Shown piece by piece: positions 1-9,489 of a DNA stretch of 64,000 nucleotides (position 1 is the stretch's first letter; every line of letters begins with the position of its first letter). The stretch lies in NCBI GenBank assembly GCA_004297395.1, contig SCUO01000018.1, positions 2,383 to 66,382 on the forward strand. The letters run 5' to 3'. This DNA comes from Chloroflexota bacterium (lineage in GTDB: Bacteria > Chloroflexota > Limnocylindria > Limnocylindrales > CSP1-4). The translations under genes and the position numbers were made by a program. The notes beneath the pieces are model-generated. The model searched no databases. It was not told the origin of the DNA and saw nothing but the letters and a program-made list of their open reading frames with translations.

Positions 1-908
1 CGCTCGAGGCGGTCGATGGCGTTCGCTCGGTGACCCCGATCGCGACCTTCGATCTCGCGATCCGCGGCCTGCGCTTCGATGCCGCGGCGATCGTCGGGGC
101 GGACTTCCTGGCCGACGGCCGGCTGTCCTTCGTCGACGGCGACCGGGCGAGCGCCCTGCCCGCGCTCGATGCCGGGGGCGCGGCGATCATGCCGGCGCCG
201 GCGGCGGCGCGCCTGGGGCTGGGCGTCGGCGACACGATCACCCTCGCCCTCGGCGGCGGCGCGACCCTCGACCTGCGGGTCGTGGGCGTCGTCGAGCGCT
301 CGATCCCCGGCGGCGGCGGCGAGGCCATCCTGGTGGGCTGGGGCGACGCGTCCGGCCCGATCGGCGTGCCCGGCGCCGACGTCTTCGCGGTCCGGTTCGA
401 GGACGGCGCCGGGGTGGGTGCCCGCGGCGCTCTCGAGGCCGCCGCGCGGGGCCTGGCCCTCGAGGCAAACCCGCTGTCGCGGGTCCAGGGCGCCGTCACG
501 GATGCGCTCGGCCGGGTCTTCGGGCTGTTCGACGCGCTGGCCCTCATCGCCGTCCTGGTGGCCGCCCTCGGGATCGTCAATACCCTGGCGATGAGCGTGG
601 TCGAGCGGGTGCGCGAGATCGGCGTCCTGCGGGCCATCGGGATGACCCGCCGCCAGGCGTCCCGGATGGTCGTCGTAGAGGCGACGATCCTTGGCCTGGT
701 GGGGGCCGTCCTCGGGGCCGTCGTGGGCCTGGGCGTCGGCGCGGTCCTGCTCTTCCTGTCGGGCGGGCTCGTCGCCTCCGCGGGACTGCCGTGGGCCTCG
801 ATCGCCATCGCCGCGGTGCTGGGCCTGGCCGGCCCTGCGATCGCGGCCTGGTACCCGTCGCGGATGGCGTCCCGGATCTCGATCGTGCAGGCCCTGAAGT
901 TCGAGTAG
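1..908 (+). CDS. ABC transporter permease, FtsX/MacB-type (5' end outside window)
   Basis: The frame is open from the window edge (LEAVDGVRSVTPIATF...) and ends at TAG 906-908. It carries the FtsX-type motif IVNTLAMSVVERVREIGVLRAIGMTRRQ followed by hydrophobic helices. Confidence 0.8.
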   Translation, partial: LEAVDGVRSVTPIATFDLAIRGLRFDAAAIVGADFLADGRLSFVDGDRASALPALDAGGAAIMPAPAAARLGLGVGDTITLALGGGATLDLRVVGVVERSIPGGGGEAILVGWGDASGPIGVPGADVFAVRFEDGAGVGARGALEAAARGLALEANPLSRVQGAVTDALGRVFGLFDALALIAVLVAALGIVNTLAMSVVERVREIGVLRAIGMTRRQASRMVVVEATILGLVGAVLGAVVGLGVGAVLLFLSGGLVASAGLPWASIAIAAVLGLAGPAIAAWYPSRMASRISIVQALKFE

Positions 909-1005
909 GAGCCATCATGGGCGGGTTGGCGCCTCGTGACCGTCTGCTAGACTCGATTGGCGCGTCGACCGGCAGCCTCCGGTGTCTCGATCGCGGAGGA
1001 GAGGG

Positions 1006-1650
1006 ATGACGATCACGGTGCCCAGGCTGAATCGCCTGCCGGCGCAGGAGCGCGGCATCACCATCGCCGACTTCCTCGTCCCCATCCGGGTCTCGGAAGG
1101 GATCGGTGTCCGGGTGCGGCACCTCGCGCTCATCCTTGCCGGGACCCTCCTCATCGCCCTCGCCGCGCGCGTCTACTTCTTCCTGCCCGGAGACCCCGTC
1201 CCGTACACCGGCCAGACGTTCGCGGTCCTCCTGGCCGGCGGCGCTCTCGGCTTCCGGCGCGGCATCGCGGCCTCGGGGCTGTACCTGCTCCTGGGGATCG
1301 TTGGCCTGCCGGTCTACGCGAATTCCACCCATGGCTGGGAGATCGTCACCGGGGCGACGGGCGGCTACCTCGTCGGGTTCGTCGTGGCGGCGGGGCTCGT
1401 CGGCCGGCTGGCAGAGCTCGGCTGGGATCGCCGGATCGTCGGCTCGATCGGGGCGATGATGATCGGCGACGCCGTCATCTTCGCCATCGGCGTGCCGTGG
1501 CTCGCGGCCACGACCGGCCAGCCGCTGGACTGGGCCGTGGCCAATGGCCTGACGCCGTTCCTCGGCGCCGAGGCCCTCAAGCTGGCTCTTGCCGCGGCGG
1601 CCTTCCCGGCCGCCTGGTGGCTGGTCGGCCGCCGACCCGGAGACCGCTGA
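1006..1650 (+). CDS. bioY: biotin transporter BioY
   Basis: ORF 982-1650. ATG 1006 is preceded by the SD-like GGAGGAGAGGG (995-1005). Multi-TM protein with BioY-like GGYLVGFVVAAGLVG and IGDAVIFAIGVPWL segments. Confidence 0.8.
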   Translation: MTITVPRLNRLPAQERGITIADFLVPIRVSEGIGVRVRHLALILAGTLLIALAARVYFFLPGDPVPYTGQTFAVLLAGGALGFRRGIAASGLYLLLGIVGLPVYANSTHGWEIVTGATGGYLVGFVVAAGLVGRLAELGWDRRIVGSIGAMMIGDAVIFAIGVPWLAATTGQPLDWAVANGLTPFLGAEALKLALAAAAFPAAWWLVGRRPGDR

Positions 1651-2476
1651 CCGACCCGTCCCGGCAAGGCCGTCAGGCGCCCGACGAGGCGGCGGGGCCG
1701 GCTGCGGCGCGACGTGGCCTTCGTACGCGGGATGGCGGCCGCCGTGGCGTCCTCGTCTGGTTCGGCGCCCTCGGCCTGGTCGTGGCCGTCGCGCTCGCCG
1801 GGCGCTGGCTCGACCCGCCGGATCCACCGCCGGTAACGCCGACGCCGGCCATCATCGTGGCCCAGCCGGCGTTCGAGGCCCACTACCTCGGAACCGGCCT
1901 GCTTCCCGTCTCCGGGCGGCTCGTCCCGAGCGAGGGCCGGGTCGAGATCAGCGTCCTCGTCGGAGAGCAGGTCATCGGCTCGATGGAGGCCGTGCCAGAC
2001 GAGCACGGGGACTTCGCCGCGACCGTCCGGATCGCGCCGCCGGTGGAGGCGGCCCGGCCCTGGTCGAGGTGCGCCGGGCGGACACGGGTGAACCGGAGGT
2101 GCGCGTCAGAATCACCCTCGAGCCGGCCCTGCAGCTCGTGCTCTGGTCGCCGCAGTCCCGCACGATCGTCGAGGGCGACACGCTCACGGTCCTCGGGCTC
2201 GCGCGGCCCCCCGCCGCCAGCGTCCGGATGGAGCTGGCCCTCCGAGAGGGGACGATCGTCGCCGCGCTCGAGGCGCCGCTCGGCGCCTCCGGGTCTGCCG
2301 ATGCCGCGCCGGCCCCGTGGGACCGATTCGAGATGACGCTGGCCCTGCCGGTCGAGCGGGCGGAGCGGTGCATCAGGCTGCTCGCGTCCGCCCTCGGCCG
2401 GAACGGCCGGGTCGTCTTCGCCCTCGACGTGCCGCTCTCACTCGCCGAGGCCCCGCCGGGCACGGCCTGCTTCTGA
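1617..2476 (+). CDS. hypothetical membrane-anchored protein with two repeated beta-rich segments; reading frame appears to switch near 2040-2060 (possible frameshift or pseudogene)
   Basis: High-GC3 coding signal runs in the frame of ORF 957-2336 up to about 2045 (TM helix VLVWFGALGLVVAVALAG, then ...DFAATVRIAPPV). It continues in the frame of ORF 1589-2476 (ALVEVRRADTGEPEVRVRITLEP...CF*). The GTG 1617 start is a guess. Confidence 0.35.
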
Positions 2477-2486
2477 GCCGAGCCGC

Positions 2487-3974
2487 TCAGTACAGGTCCG
2501 GGAAGCGGGCCCGCAGCGTCGGGGTGAGATCGACCGGACTGGCCTCCCGGAGCGCCTCGAGCAGCTCCAGCGTCCCGCCAAACCCGTTCCGGTGCGCCTC
2601 GACGTAGTCGCCCATCGCGGCCCAGAACCGCTCCGTGCCCATGGCCTTGCGGAGGTCGTCGAGGACATTGCCACCCTGGATGTAGATGACCTCGTAGTAG
2701 CAGGCCTGCGAGTAGCGGAGGATCGAGCGGTCGAGCGGTGTTCGGTCGCAGCGGCTGCCCCGGAGGCTGCCGAGGACGGTCCGGGCGAGGAGGTCGGCAG
2801 CTGCTTCGTCGGCGAACGGCTGGGCCTGCTGGTCATTGCCGACGAGCCCGTAGAACCACTGGTGGGCGGTCTCGTGGTGGACGAGGTAGGTCAGGTTGGC
2901 GGGCGGGGTCGACGTCGGGATCCAGATCAGGCCCGGCGATTCCATGCCGTAGCCACCGGCCGTCTCGACGACCGCGAACACCGGCCACGGATACGCCACC
3001 CGGAGGCGCGTGGCCTCGTCGTGGAGGGCGCGCTCGGCCAGGGCCACGAGACGCTCGCCATCGAGGCCGCCGGGCCGGGTGAAGGCCCGGATCGGGATCC
3101 CGTCGACCTCGCCGGTCGCGACCTCCAGCTCCGGCGCGAGGACGACGGCGACGTCCCGGACGTCGCTGACCTCGAATGTCCAGGCCATACCCTCCGGTTG
3201 GGGCTCCGGGGCGACCTCGAGCGCGGGGACGGCGATGTCCATCTGGGTGTCGGCCGTGACGACGACATGGACCCGCCCGCTCGACGGTGTCACGAACGGG
3301 TCGCCGTGGTTGGGCCGGTCGAACGGCGCGGCCCGGCTGACCCACGGGATCCAGCGGTACAGCGCGAGCGTTCCACCGGCCCGCGAGAACAGCCAGTCCG
3401 AGCCGTCGAGGTCGGGCCGGAGGGTGGCCGTGTAGCTGAGCTCGACGGTCACCGAGGCACCGGCCGGCAGGACGCCATCGAGGGGCACGACGAGCGTCTG
3501 GTCTTCGACCTCGACGTCAACGGGCCGATCGTCGACCTCGGCCGACCTGACGTCGAGCCCGCCGAGGCGGGCGGCGATCGTATTCAGCTCGAGGCGGTCG
3601 ATCGGCTCGCCCGAGTCGTTGCGTGCCTCGATGACGGCCCCGACGTGGATCGCGCCGGTGGCGACGGTCACGTCGAGCGTCACGTCGTAGGTCGCCTCGA
3701 TCTCGAGGCTGGCGCGGTCGGCGGCGCCGGGCAGGATCGCCGTCGCCGGCGTCGGCTCCGGGGTGGGTGATGGCGTGGCGGCCGGCGTGGGGCGAGGCGT
3801 CGGAGCCGGCGTCGCGGTCGGTGGCGGAGACGTCGGCGTACTCGAGGCCAGGTCCGGGGACGGCGCGCAGCCCACCACGAGGGACCCGAGGGCGACGGTG
3901 AGCGTGCCCGCGACGATCGCGGCGCGCCCGCGGGCGAGGATCAGATGGCCGGCGCCGGCCCGGGTGACGCGCAT
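2487..3974 (-). CDS. M1-family (gluzincin) metallopeptidase, probable lipoprotein
   Basis: HETAH followed by Glu exactly 18 residues later (HHETAHQWFYGLVGNDQQAQPFADE) matches the HEXXH-X18-E signature. The N-terminus MRVTRAG...LGSLVVGCAPS has a lipobox-like LVVGC followed by a Pro/Thr-rich linker. ATG 3974 lies 6 nt downstream of a TACGAT -10-like box (complement of 3981-3986). Confidence 0.8.
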   Translation of the reverse strand: MRVTRAGAGHLILARGRAAIVAGTLTVALGSLVVGCAPSPDLASSTPTSPPPTATPAPTPRPTPAATPSPTPEPTPATAILPGAADRASLEIEATYDVTLDVTVATGAIHVGAVIEARNDSGEPIDRLELNTIAARLGGLDVRSAEVDDRPVDVEVEDQTLVVPLDGVLPAGASVTVELSYTATLRPDLDGSDWLFSRAGGTLALYRWIPWVSRAAPFDRPNHGDPFVTPSSGRVHVVVTADTQMDIAVPALEVAPEPQPEGMAWTFEVSDVRDVAVVLAPELEVATGEVDGIPIRAFTRPGGLDGERLVALAERALHDEATRLRVAYPWPVFAVVETAGGYGMESPGLIWIPTSTPPANLTYLVHHETAHQWFYGLVGNDQQAQPFADEAAADLLARTVLGSLRGSRCDRTPLDRSILRYSQACYYEVIYIQGGNVLDDLRKAMGTERFWAAMGDYVEAHRNGFGGTLELLEALREASPVDLTPTLRARFPDLY

Positions 3975-3980
3975 GTCGGG

Positions 3981-4036
3981 ATCGTAGACGTCGATGGGCG
4001 CTCGCCCGTGACCTCGCCCGGGCGGCCCGCTACGAT
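3981..4036. promoter_or_regulatory. back-to-back -10 boxes (TACGAT) for divergent, apparently leaderless genes
   Basis: The complement of 3981-3986 reads TACGAT, 6 nt before ATG 3974 on the minus strand. Plus-strand 4031-4036 reads TACGAT, 6 nt before GTG 4043. There is no SD in either case, and GTGACC (4008-4013) is a possible -35 for the plus-strand gene. Confidence 0.5.
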
Positions 4037-4042
4037 CCGCTG

Positions 4043-5458
4043 GTGGCCACACCGGCGCCCCCGGCACCGATCACCGATCCGGCGAGCCTCGCCGCGCTCT
4101 TGGCCGCGGCGCGGGCCGAGCTGCCCGACGTTCGGCTCCTGACCGAGGCCATCGACCGCGAGTCCTACCGGCTCGACGAGACCGCCTACCTCGCCGCCGG
4201 GCTGCCCGGTGCCGTGGCGCTCCCGTCGACGACCGGCGAGGTCGCCGGGCTCATGCGCCTCGCCTCGCGCTTCGGCGTCGCCGTCGTCCCGCGCGGCGCC
4301 GGGACGGGTCTCTCGGGCGGTGCCGCCGGCATCGAGGGCGCCCTGACGATCGCCCTGACCCGGATGGACCGGATCGTCGAGATCGATCGAGGCAACCTCT
4401 GCGTCGTCACCCAGCCGGGCGTCATCAACGCCCAGCTGAAGGCCGCGGTCGCCGCCGAGGGCCTGTTCTACCCCCCCGATCCGGCGAGCTACGAGACCTG
4501 CTCCATCGGCGGCAACCTGGGCACGAACGCCGGCGGCCTGTGCTGCGTCAAATACGGCCAGACCCGCGATTCTGTGCTCGGACTTGAGGTCGTCCTCGCC
4601 GACGGCTCCGTCATCCGTACCGGCGGCAAGAACGTCAAGGACGTGGCGGGCTATAGCCTGACCCACCTCTTCGTCGGCTCACAGGGAACGCTCGGGATCA
4701 TCACCGAGGCGACCCTCCGGCTGCGGCCGGCGCCGGCGCCGCGCCAGACGCTGCTGGCCTTCTTCGACAGCCTCGAGGCGGCCGGCGACGCGGTCGCGGC
4801 GATGACCCAGGCCGGCCTCCAGCCGGTGACGCTCGAGCTCATGGACGGCGAGACGATCCGGGCCGTCGAGGACTGGCATCACCTCGGGCTCGACACGACC
4901 GCCGCCGCGATGCTGATGGTCGAATCCGACGCGCCGGGCGTGGGTGCGGCCGCGGAGCTGGACCGGGCCGAGGCAGCCTGCGCCACCGCGGGCGGTCGCG
5001 AGATCGTCCGGGCCGCCGATGCCAAGGAGGCCGACTGGCTGCGCCACGCCCGGCGCGAGGCCCTGCATGCCCTCGAGCGCCAGGGCACCGTCCGGATGGA
5101 GGACGTCGGCGTCCCGCGAGCCCGGGTGCCCCAGCTGCTCCGGGCGATCGAGCGGATCGCCGCTGCCCACGGCGTCCGCTGCGCGACATTCGGCCACGCC
5201 GGCGACGGCAACCTCCACCCGAACCTCATCTTCGACCGCGACGACCCGGCTGCCGCCGAGCTCACCCACACCGTCCGCGACGAGATCTTCCGGGCGGCCC
5301 TGGCGATGGGCGGTACGGTCACCGCGGAGCACGGCATCGGGGCGGCCCGGCGCGAGTGGCTGCCGATCCAGCGGGGCGAGGGCGCGGTCGCGGTGATGCG
5401 CGCGATCAAGGCGGCCCTCGATCCCCAGGGGATCCTGAACCCGGGGCGAGTGCTCTAG
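4043..5458 (+). CDS. FAD-linked oxidase, glycolate oxidase GlcD / D-lactate dehydrogenase-like
   Basis: 471 aa. The FAD-binding PCMH-type N-terminal domain shows VVPRGAGTGLSGGA. The C-terminal FAD-oxidase domain shows EHGIGAARREWL...LDPQGILNPGRVL. Confidence 0.85.
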   Translation: MATPAPPAPITDPASLAALLAAARAELPDVRLLTEAIDRESYRLDETAYLAAGLPGAVALPSTTGEVAGLMRLASRFGVAVVPRGAGTGLSGGAAGIEGALTIALTRMDRIVEIDRGNLCVVTQPGVINAQLKAAVAAEGLFYPPDPASYETCSIGGNLGTNAGGLCCVKYGQTRDSVLGLEVVLADGSVIRTGGKNVKDVAGYSLTHLFVGSQGTLGIITEATLRLRPAPAPRQTLLAFFDSLEAAGDAVAAMTQAGLQPVTLELMDGETIRAVEDWHHLGLDTTAAAMLMVESDAPGVGAAAELDRAEAACATAGGREIVRAADAKEADWLRHARREALHALERQGTVRMEDVGVPRARVPQLLRAIERIAAAHGVRCATFGHAGDGNLHPNLIFDRDDPAAAELTHTVRDEIFRAALAMGGTVTAEHGIGAARREWLPIQRGEGAVAVMRAIKAALDPQGILNPGRVL

Positions 5459-5608
5459 CCCCTCGGCGCTTCGGCGGGTCCCTGGCCGATTCATCCGATC
5501 CGGCCGCGTCCGCGCATGACCACCCGAACGGCCCGTGGGGGAGTCGCGACACCGCGAGCCGGGCAGTCCCCAGACCGATCGGACAACGGAAGGATCAGAA
5601 GCTCGACC

Positions 5609-6802
5609 ATGCGCACGCTCAGCAAGCTCGCCACGCTCGGGGCCGCGATGACGGTCCTGACGATCGGCGCGGCGCCGCTCCTTACCGCCGCGGCCGACCA
5701 CCTCGACGCGCCCGCCCTCGGCGGGGCCACCGCGGCGGGGGAGATCGCGCCGCACTCGGAGCACGGCGACCGCGACATCAACGACGTCTACGTCTTCGAG
5801 GCCGCCGCCGACCCCGGTCGGACGGCGATCGCGATGACGGTCAACCCCGCCATCAACCTCTTTGGTGGCGACTTCGGGACGAACGTCCGGTACGTGATCA
5901 ACATCGACACGAACGGCGACAACGTCCAGGACCTCGCCTATGTCTCGACCTTCGCCGACGACGGCAGCGGCGACCTCAAGTACAAGCTGTCGCTCTACGA
6001 GGGGGCCAGGGCCCGCTCGCTCAACGGCGGCCGAACGGTGGCCCAGGGCCACACCAACGACGGCGTCAAGGCCGTCGGCCAGAACGATGTCTGGGCCTGG
6101 GCGGGCGTCCGCTCCGACCCGTTCTTCTTCGACCTCACCGGGTTCATCGGCACGACGACGTTCCTCACCACCGGCACGGCCGTTGGTGGCGACGCGCTCG
6201 GCAGCGACCCGACCGACTTCTTCACCAATCTGAACACGAACGCGATCGTCCTCTCGATCCCGAACAGCCAGCTGCCCGACACGATCGGCGTCTGGGCGAC
6301 CACGAGCTGGTACGACGGGACGAGCTGGAACAAGGCGGACCAGATGGGCCGCCCGGCGATCAACACCGTCTTCAACCCGTCGGCCGACAAGAACGCCTTC
6401 AACGCGGCGGCGCCCTCGGCCCAGGCCACGGCGATGGGTGGGGTGTTCCGGACCAACGTCATCAACGGCCTGACGTTCTTCTCGAGCCTCGACAGCGAGG
6501 GCTCGTACTCGGCCGACCAGGCCGGCTTCCTGGCCTCGGTCCTCATCCCCGACGTCCTCGTCTACAGCCGGACGAACGCCCTCGGCCTGCCCGCGCCGCT
6601 CAACGGTCGGGCCCTGGCCGACGACGTCATCGACGTCGAGCTCATCGTCACCACCGGTGGCGATCCGCTCAACCTCTTCGGCGCCGACGGCCTGACCGGT
6701 CTCGGCCCCGATCGCGATGGATCCGGCGCCGTGAACGGCGACGGGGTGGGTCCGCACACGGACTACCTCGCCTCCTTCCCGTACCTCGGCGTCCCGCATT
6801 GA
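5609..6802 (+). CDS. secreted DUF4331-like protein
   Basis: ATG 5609 follows GGAAGGA (5588-5594). A signal-peptide-like MRTLSKLATLGAAMTVLTIGAAPLLTAAA is followed by DHLDAP and DINDVYVF, motifs I associate with DUF4331. Confidence 0.7.
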   Translation: MRTLSKLATLGAAMTVLTIGAAPLLTAAADHLDAPALGGATAAGEIAPHSEHGDRDINDVYVFEAAADPGRTAIAMTVNPAINLFGGDFGTNVRYVINIDTNGDNVQDLAYVSTFADDGSGDLKYKLSLYEGARARSLNGGRTVAQGHTNDGVKAVGQNDVWAWAGVRSDPFFFDLTGFIGTTTFLTTGTAVGGDALGSDPTDFFTNLNTNAIVLSIPNSQLPDTIGVWATTSWYDGTSWNKADQMGRPAINTVFNPSADKNAFNAAAPSAQATAMGGVFRTNVINGLTFFSSLDSEGSYSADQAGFLASVLIPDVLVYSRTNALGLPAPLNGRALADDVIDVELIVTTGGDPLNLFGADGLTGLGPDRDGSGAVNGDGVGPHTDYLASFPYLGVPH

Positions 6803-6818
6803 CCCGCAGGGCTGGAGC

Positions 6819-8402
6819 GTGCTCGTGGGGGGCCGCGCTCCAGCCCTGCTTCCCCTCCTTCGTCGAACCACCGACCCGACCGACACCCGGAGCCCTGCAG
6901 TGACCGCCGTCCCGCTTCGATCGCCCAGGTCTTCGCCCCGGACCTCGCCCCGGCCACGGCTCCGGCCCGTCGGCATCCTCGTCTCCGCCCTCTTCCTCAC
7001 AGTCGGCACCGTCCTTGCCGGCTGGTCCGGCCTCGGGGACCGGACGGCCCACCCGACGCCGGGCGACGCAGCCTCGCTGCCGAGCCCGGCGCTCGGTGGG
7101 GCCCAGCCTCCAGCCGGGGTGCAGGTGCCCATCCCGGGCGCCGGCGCCGCCTCGCTCCCGGGCGGGTCGGTCGCCGGGCTCGACCACAACATCGCGGCCT
7201 GGACGAAGAACCTCGAGGCCAACCCGCTCGACTTCATCTCGGCCACGAACCTCGCTTCGCTCTACCACGCTCGAGCCCGGCTGACCGCCGATCTCGCCGA
7301 CCACGAGCGGGCCCTCGCGGCCGCCCGGACGGCGATCTCGATCGCCCCGACACAGCCCGGTGCCCGCCTGCTCGAGGCGTCGATCCTCTTCTCGCTCCAC
7401 GACTTCCGGGCGGCCCTCGCCGCCGCCGATGCCCTGTACCGCGAGGACCCCTCCCAGATCGGTGCGCTCGCGACCCGGGCCGACGCCGAGCTCGAGCTCG
7501 GAGATCTCGCGGCGGCTACGCGGGACCTCGAGACGCTCGCCGCCAGCGCCGCTGGGCCGGCGGTCGATGTCCGCCGGGCCCGGCTGGCGGCCTTGACCGG
7601 CGATCTAGAAGGTGCCCTGGACCTGGCCCGTCTTGCCAGGGACACGACCTTCGCCGACGGCACGGACGTGGCGTTCTACGACTACGCGCTGGCCGAGTAC
7701 GCCCGGCTCGCCGGCGACGCGGTCACGGCACAGACGGGGTTCGAGGCCGCCCTGAAAGCGCGTCCGACGGACCTCGGCGCGCTGGTTGGGTTGGCCCGGG
7801 TCCAGGCGTTCGAGGGCGACATCGATGCCGCCGTCGAGAGCCTCCTGGCCGCTGTCGCGATCGCGCCGACACCGGAGGCCGAGGCGCTCCTGGGCGACCT
7901 GCTGTCGATCCGCGCGGCCGACGCTTCCCGCGACCCCGCCGATCGCGCCGCCGACAGGCTGGCGGCCGAGACCGCGTTCGGCACGGTCCGCCTGACGCGC
8001 GAGCTCTCGGCCCTCGCCGGGTCCGTCTACGACCGGCAGCTCCTCCTCTTCGAGCTCGACCATGCGCCGTTCGCGACGGAGGCGACCCTTGCGGCCGCGC
8101 GGGCGGCCCTCGAGGCGAGGCCCGATGCGGCCGGCCATGACATCGTGGCCTGGGCCCTCCACCGGCTGGGCCGAGACGACGAGGCATGGGCCCAGAGCCT
8201 GGCGGCCCGGGCCGCCGGTGCCGCCGACGCCCGGACGCTCTTCCACGCGGGATCGATCGCGGCAGCGCTCGGCGACGATGTGGCCGCCCGCGACCTCCTG
8301 CCCCGGGCGCTGGCCCTGGGTCCGGCGCTGGATCCCGTGGAGCGAGCCGAGGCCGGTACGGTCCTTGCCCGGGTTGACAGCATCTCGATGCCGCCCGGAT
8401 GA
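6819..8402 (+). CDS. membrane-anchored tetratricopeptide (TPR) repeat protein
   Basis: Starts 16 nt after the DUF4331-like gene. It has an N-terminal TM helix (VGILVSALFLTVGTVLAGW) followed by Ala/Leu-rich TPR-like repeats. The exact start is uncertain. Confidence 0.6.
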   Translation: MLVGGRAPALLPLLRRTTDPTDTRSPAVTAVPLRSPRSSPRTSPRPRLRPVGILVSALFLTVGTVLAGWSGLGDRTAHPTPGDAASLPSPALGGAQPPAGVQVPIPGAGAASLPGGSVAGLDHNIAAWTKNLEANPLDFISATNLASLYHARARLTADLADHERALAAARTAISIAPTQPGARLLEASILFSLHDFRAALAAADALYREDPSQIGALATRADAELELGDLAAATRDLETLAASAAGPAVDVRRARLAALTGDLEGALDLARLARDTTFADGTDVAFYDYALAEYARLAGDAVTAQTGFEAALKARPTDLGALVGLARVQAFEGDIDAAVESLLAAVAIAPTPEAEALLGDLLSIRAADASRDPADRAADRLAAETAFGTVRLTRELSALAGSVYDRQLLLFELDHAPFATEATLAAARAALEARPDAAGHDIVAWALHRLGRDDEAWAQSLAARAAGAADARTLFHAGSIAAALGDDVAARDLLPRALALGPALDPVERAEAGTVLARVDSISMPPG

Positions 8403-8462
8403 TGGCTCGCCGAGCGCGCGTCCGGCTCATCAGCATGCGCCCTGGCGGACTAAAGAGGGCAG

Positions 8463-9398
8463 ATGAGCGACACCGACACTCTCATCCGGATCAGCCGGCT
8501 CTACTACGAGCTGGGTGAGACCCAGGAGCGAATCGCGGAACTCGTCGGCATCACCCGCCCACAGGTGTCGCGGCTCCTGAAGCGGGCTCGCGAGCGCGGG
8601 ATCGTCGACATTCGCGTCCACGACGGCACGGGGACCCCGTCGATCGCCCCGATCCTCCAGGAGCGGTTCGGGCTTCGAGAGGTCCACCTGGCGCCGAGGG
8701 TCTCAGGCCCGGAGGACATCCTTCGGCGGAGCGTTGGCCGCCTTGCCGCGCGGGTGCTTCGGACCCACGTCCGGGACGGGGCCGTGCTGGGCGTGTCGGA
8801 CGGGGCCCACATGTCGGCCCTTGCGGATGCGCTGCCCGAGTCGCCCCAGCCGGTCGCCGCGATCGTCGTGCCGCTTGGGGGCGGCTGGTGGTTCGGCGGC
8901 GGTCGCGAGGAGCCGTTCCGGCGGGTCGCCCAGGTCTTCGGGGCGACGGCCGTGAGCCTGTACGCGCCGGCCATCGTGCCGAACGCCGCCACCCGGGCGG
9001 GCCTCGACGCGCACCCCACGATCAGCAACGTCCGCGCCCTCTGGGCCCGCCTGGACGTGGCCGTCTTCGGGGTCGGCCACCGCGTCTGGACCTCGGAGAC
9101 CTTCGGCGACGAGGCGAAGGCCGACCTCGATGCGGCCGGCGCGGTCGGCGAGATCGTCGTCCTGCCGTTCGACGTGGAAGGTCGGCTGGTTGGCGAGCAT
9201 CTGCGGGATCGGGTCATCGCCGTCGACGCGACCAGCCTCGCCAGGGTCCCGACGACGATCGCCGTCGCTGCCGGCGGGTCGAAGGTCGTCCCGATGCTCG
9301 GTGCCCTCCGGACCGGCCTGATCAAGGTCCTGGTGTCCGATGTCGCGACCGCGGAGGCGGTGGTCGAGGCGGATCGGCGGCAGCCGGCGGCCGGCTGA
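8463..9398 (+). CDS. SorC/DeoR-type sugar-binding transcriptional regulator
   Basis: The N-terminal HTH LIRISRLYYELGETQERIAELVGITRPQVSRLLKRARERGIVDIRV is typical of the SorC family, and a C-terminal sugar-binding-like domain follows. ATG follows AGAGGG. Confidence 0.8.
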   Translation: MSDTDTLIRISRLYYELGETQERIAELVGITRPQVSRLLKRARERGIVDIRVHDGTGTPSIAPILQERFGLREVHLAPRVSGPEDILRRSVGRLAARVLRTHVRDGAVLGVSDGAHMSALADALPESPQPVAAIVVPLGGGWWFGGGREEPFRRVAQVFGATAVSLYAPAIVPNAATRAGLDAHPTISNVRALWARLDVAVFGVGHRVWTSETFGDEAKADLDAAGAVGEIVVLPFDVEGRLVGEHLRDRVIAVDATSLARVPTTIAVAAGGSKVVPMLGALRTGLIKVLVSDVATAEAVVEADRRQPAAG

Positions 9399-9489
9399 GG
9401 CGCCCCGGCGGCCGAGCGGGGGAGGGCGATTTCGGGCACAATAGGGGTCCCCCGCGTCAGCGTGGTCCCTCCCGTGCCCAGGAGCTCCA

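Noticed and set aside
909-1005. Biotin-responsive operator or riboswitch upstream of bioY
   Set aside because: I could find only a plausible promoter (TTGGCG-N16-TAGACT, 926-953). There is no convincing palindrome or conserved structure.
4679-7246. 855-aa minus-strand ORF
   Set aside because: It is antisense to the well-supported glcD-like and DUF4331-like genes. Its translation is Arg/Gly/Pro/Asp-rich low-complexity sequence with no motifs, the typical shadow ORF of very GC-rich DNA.
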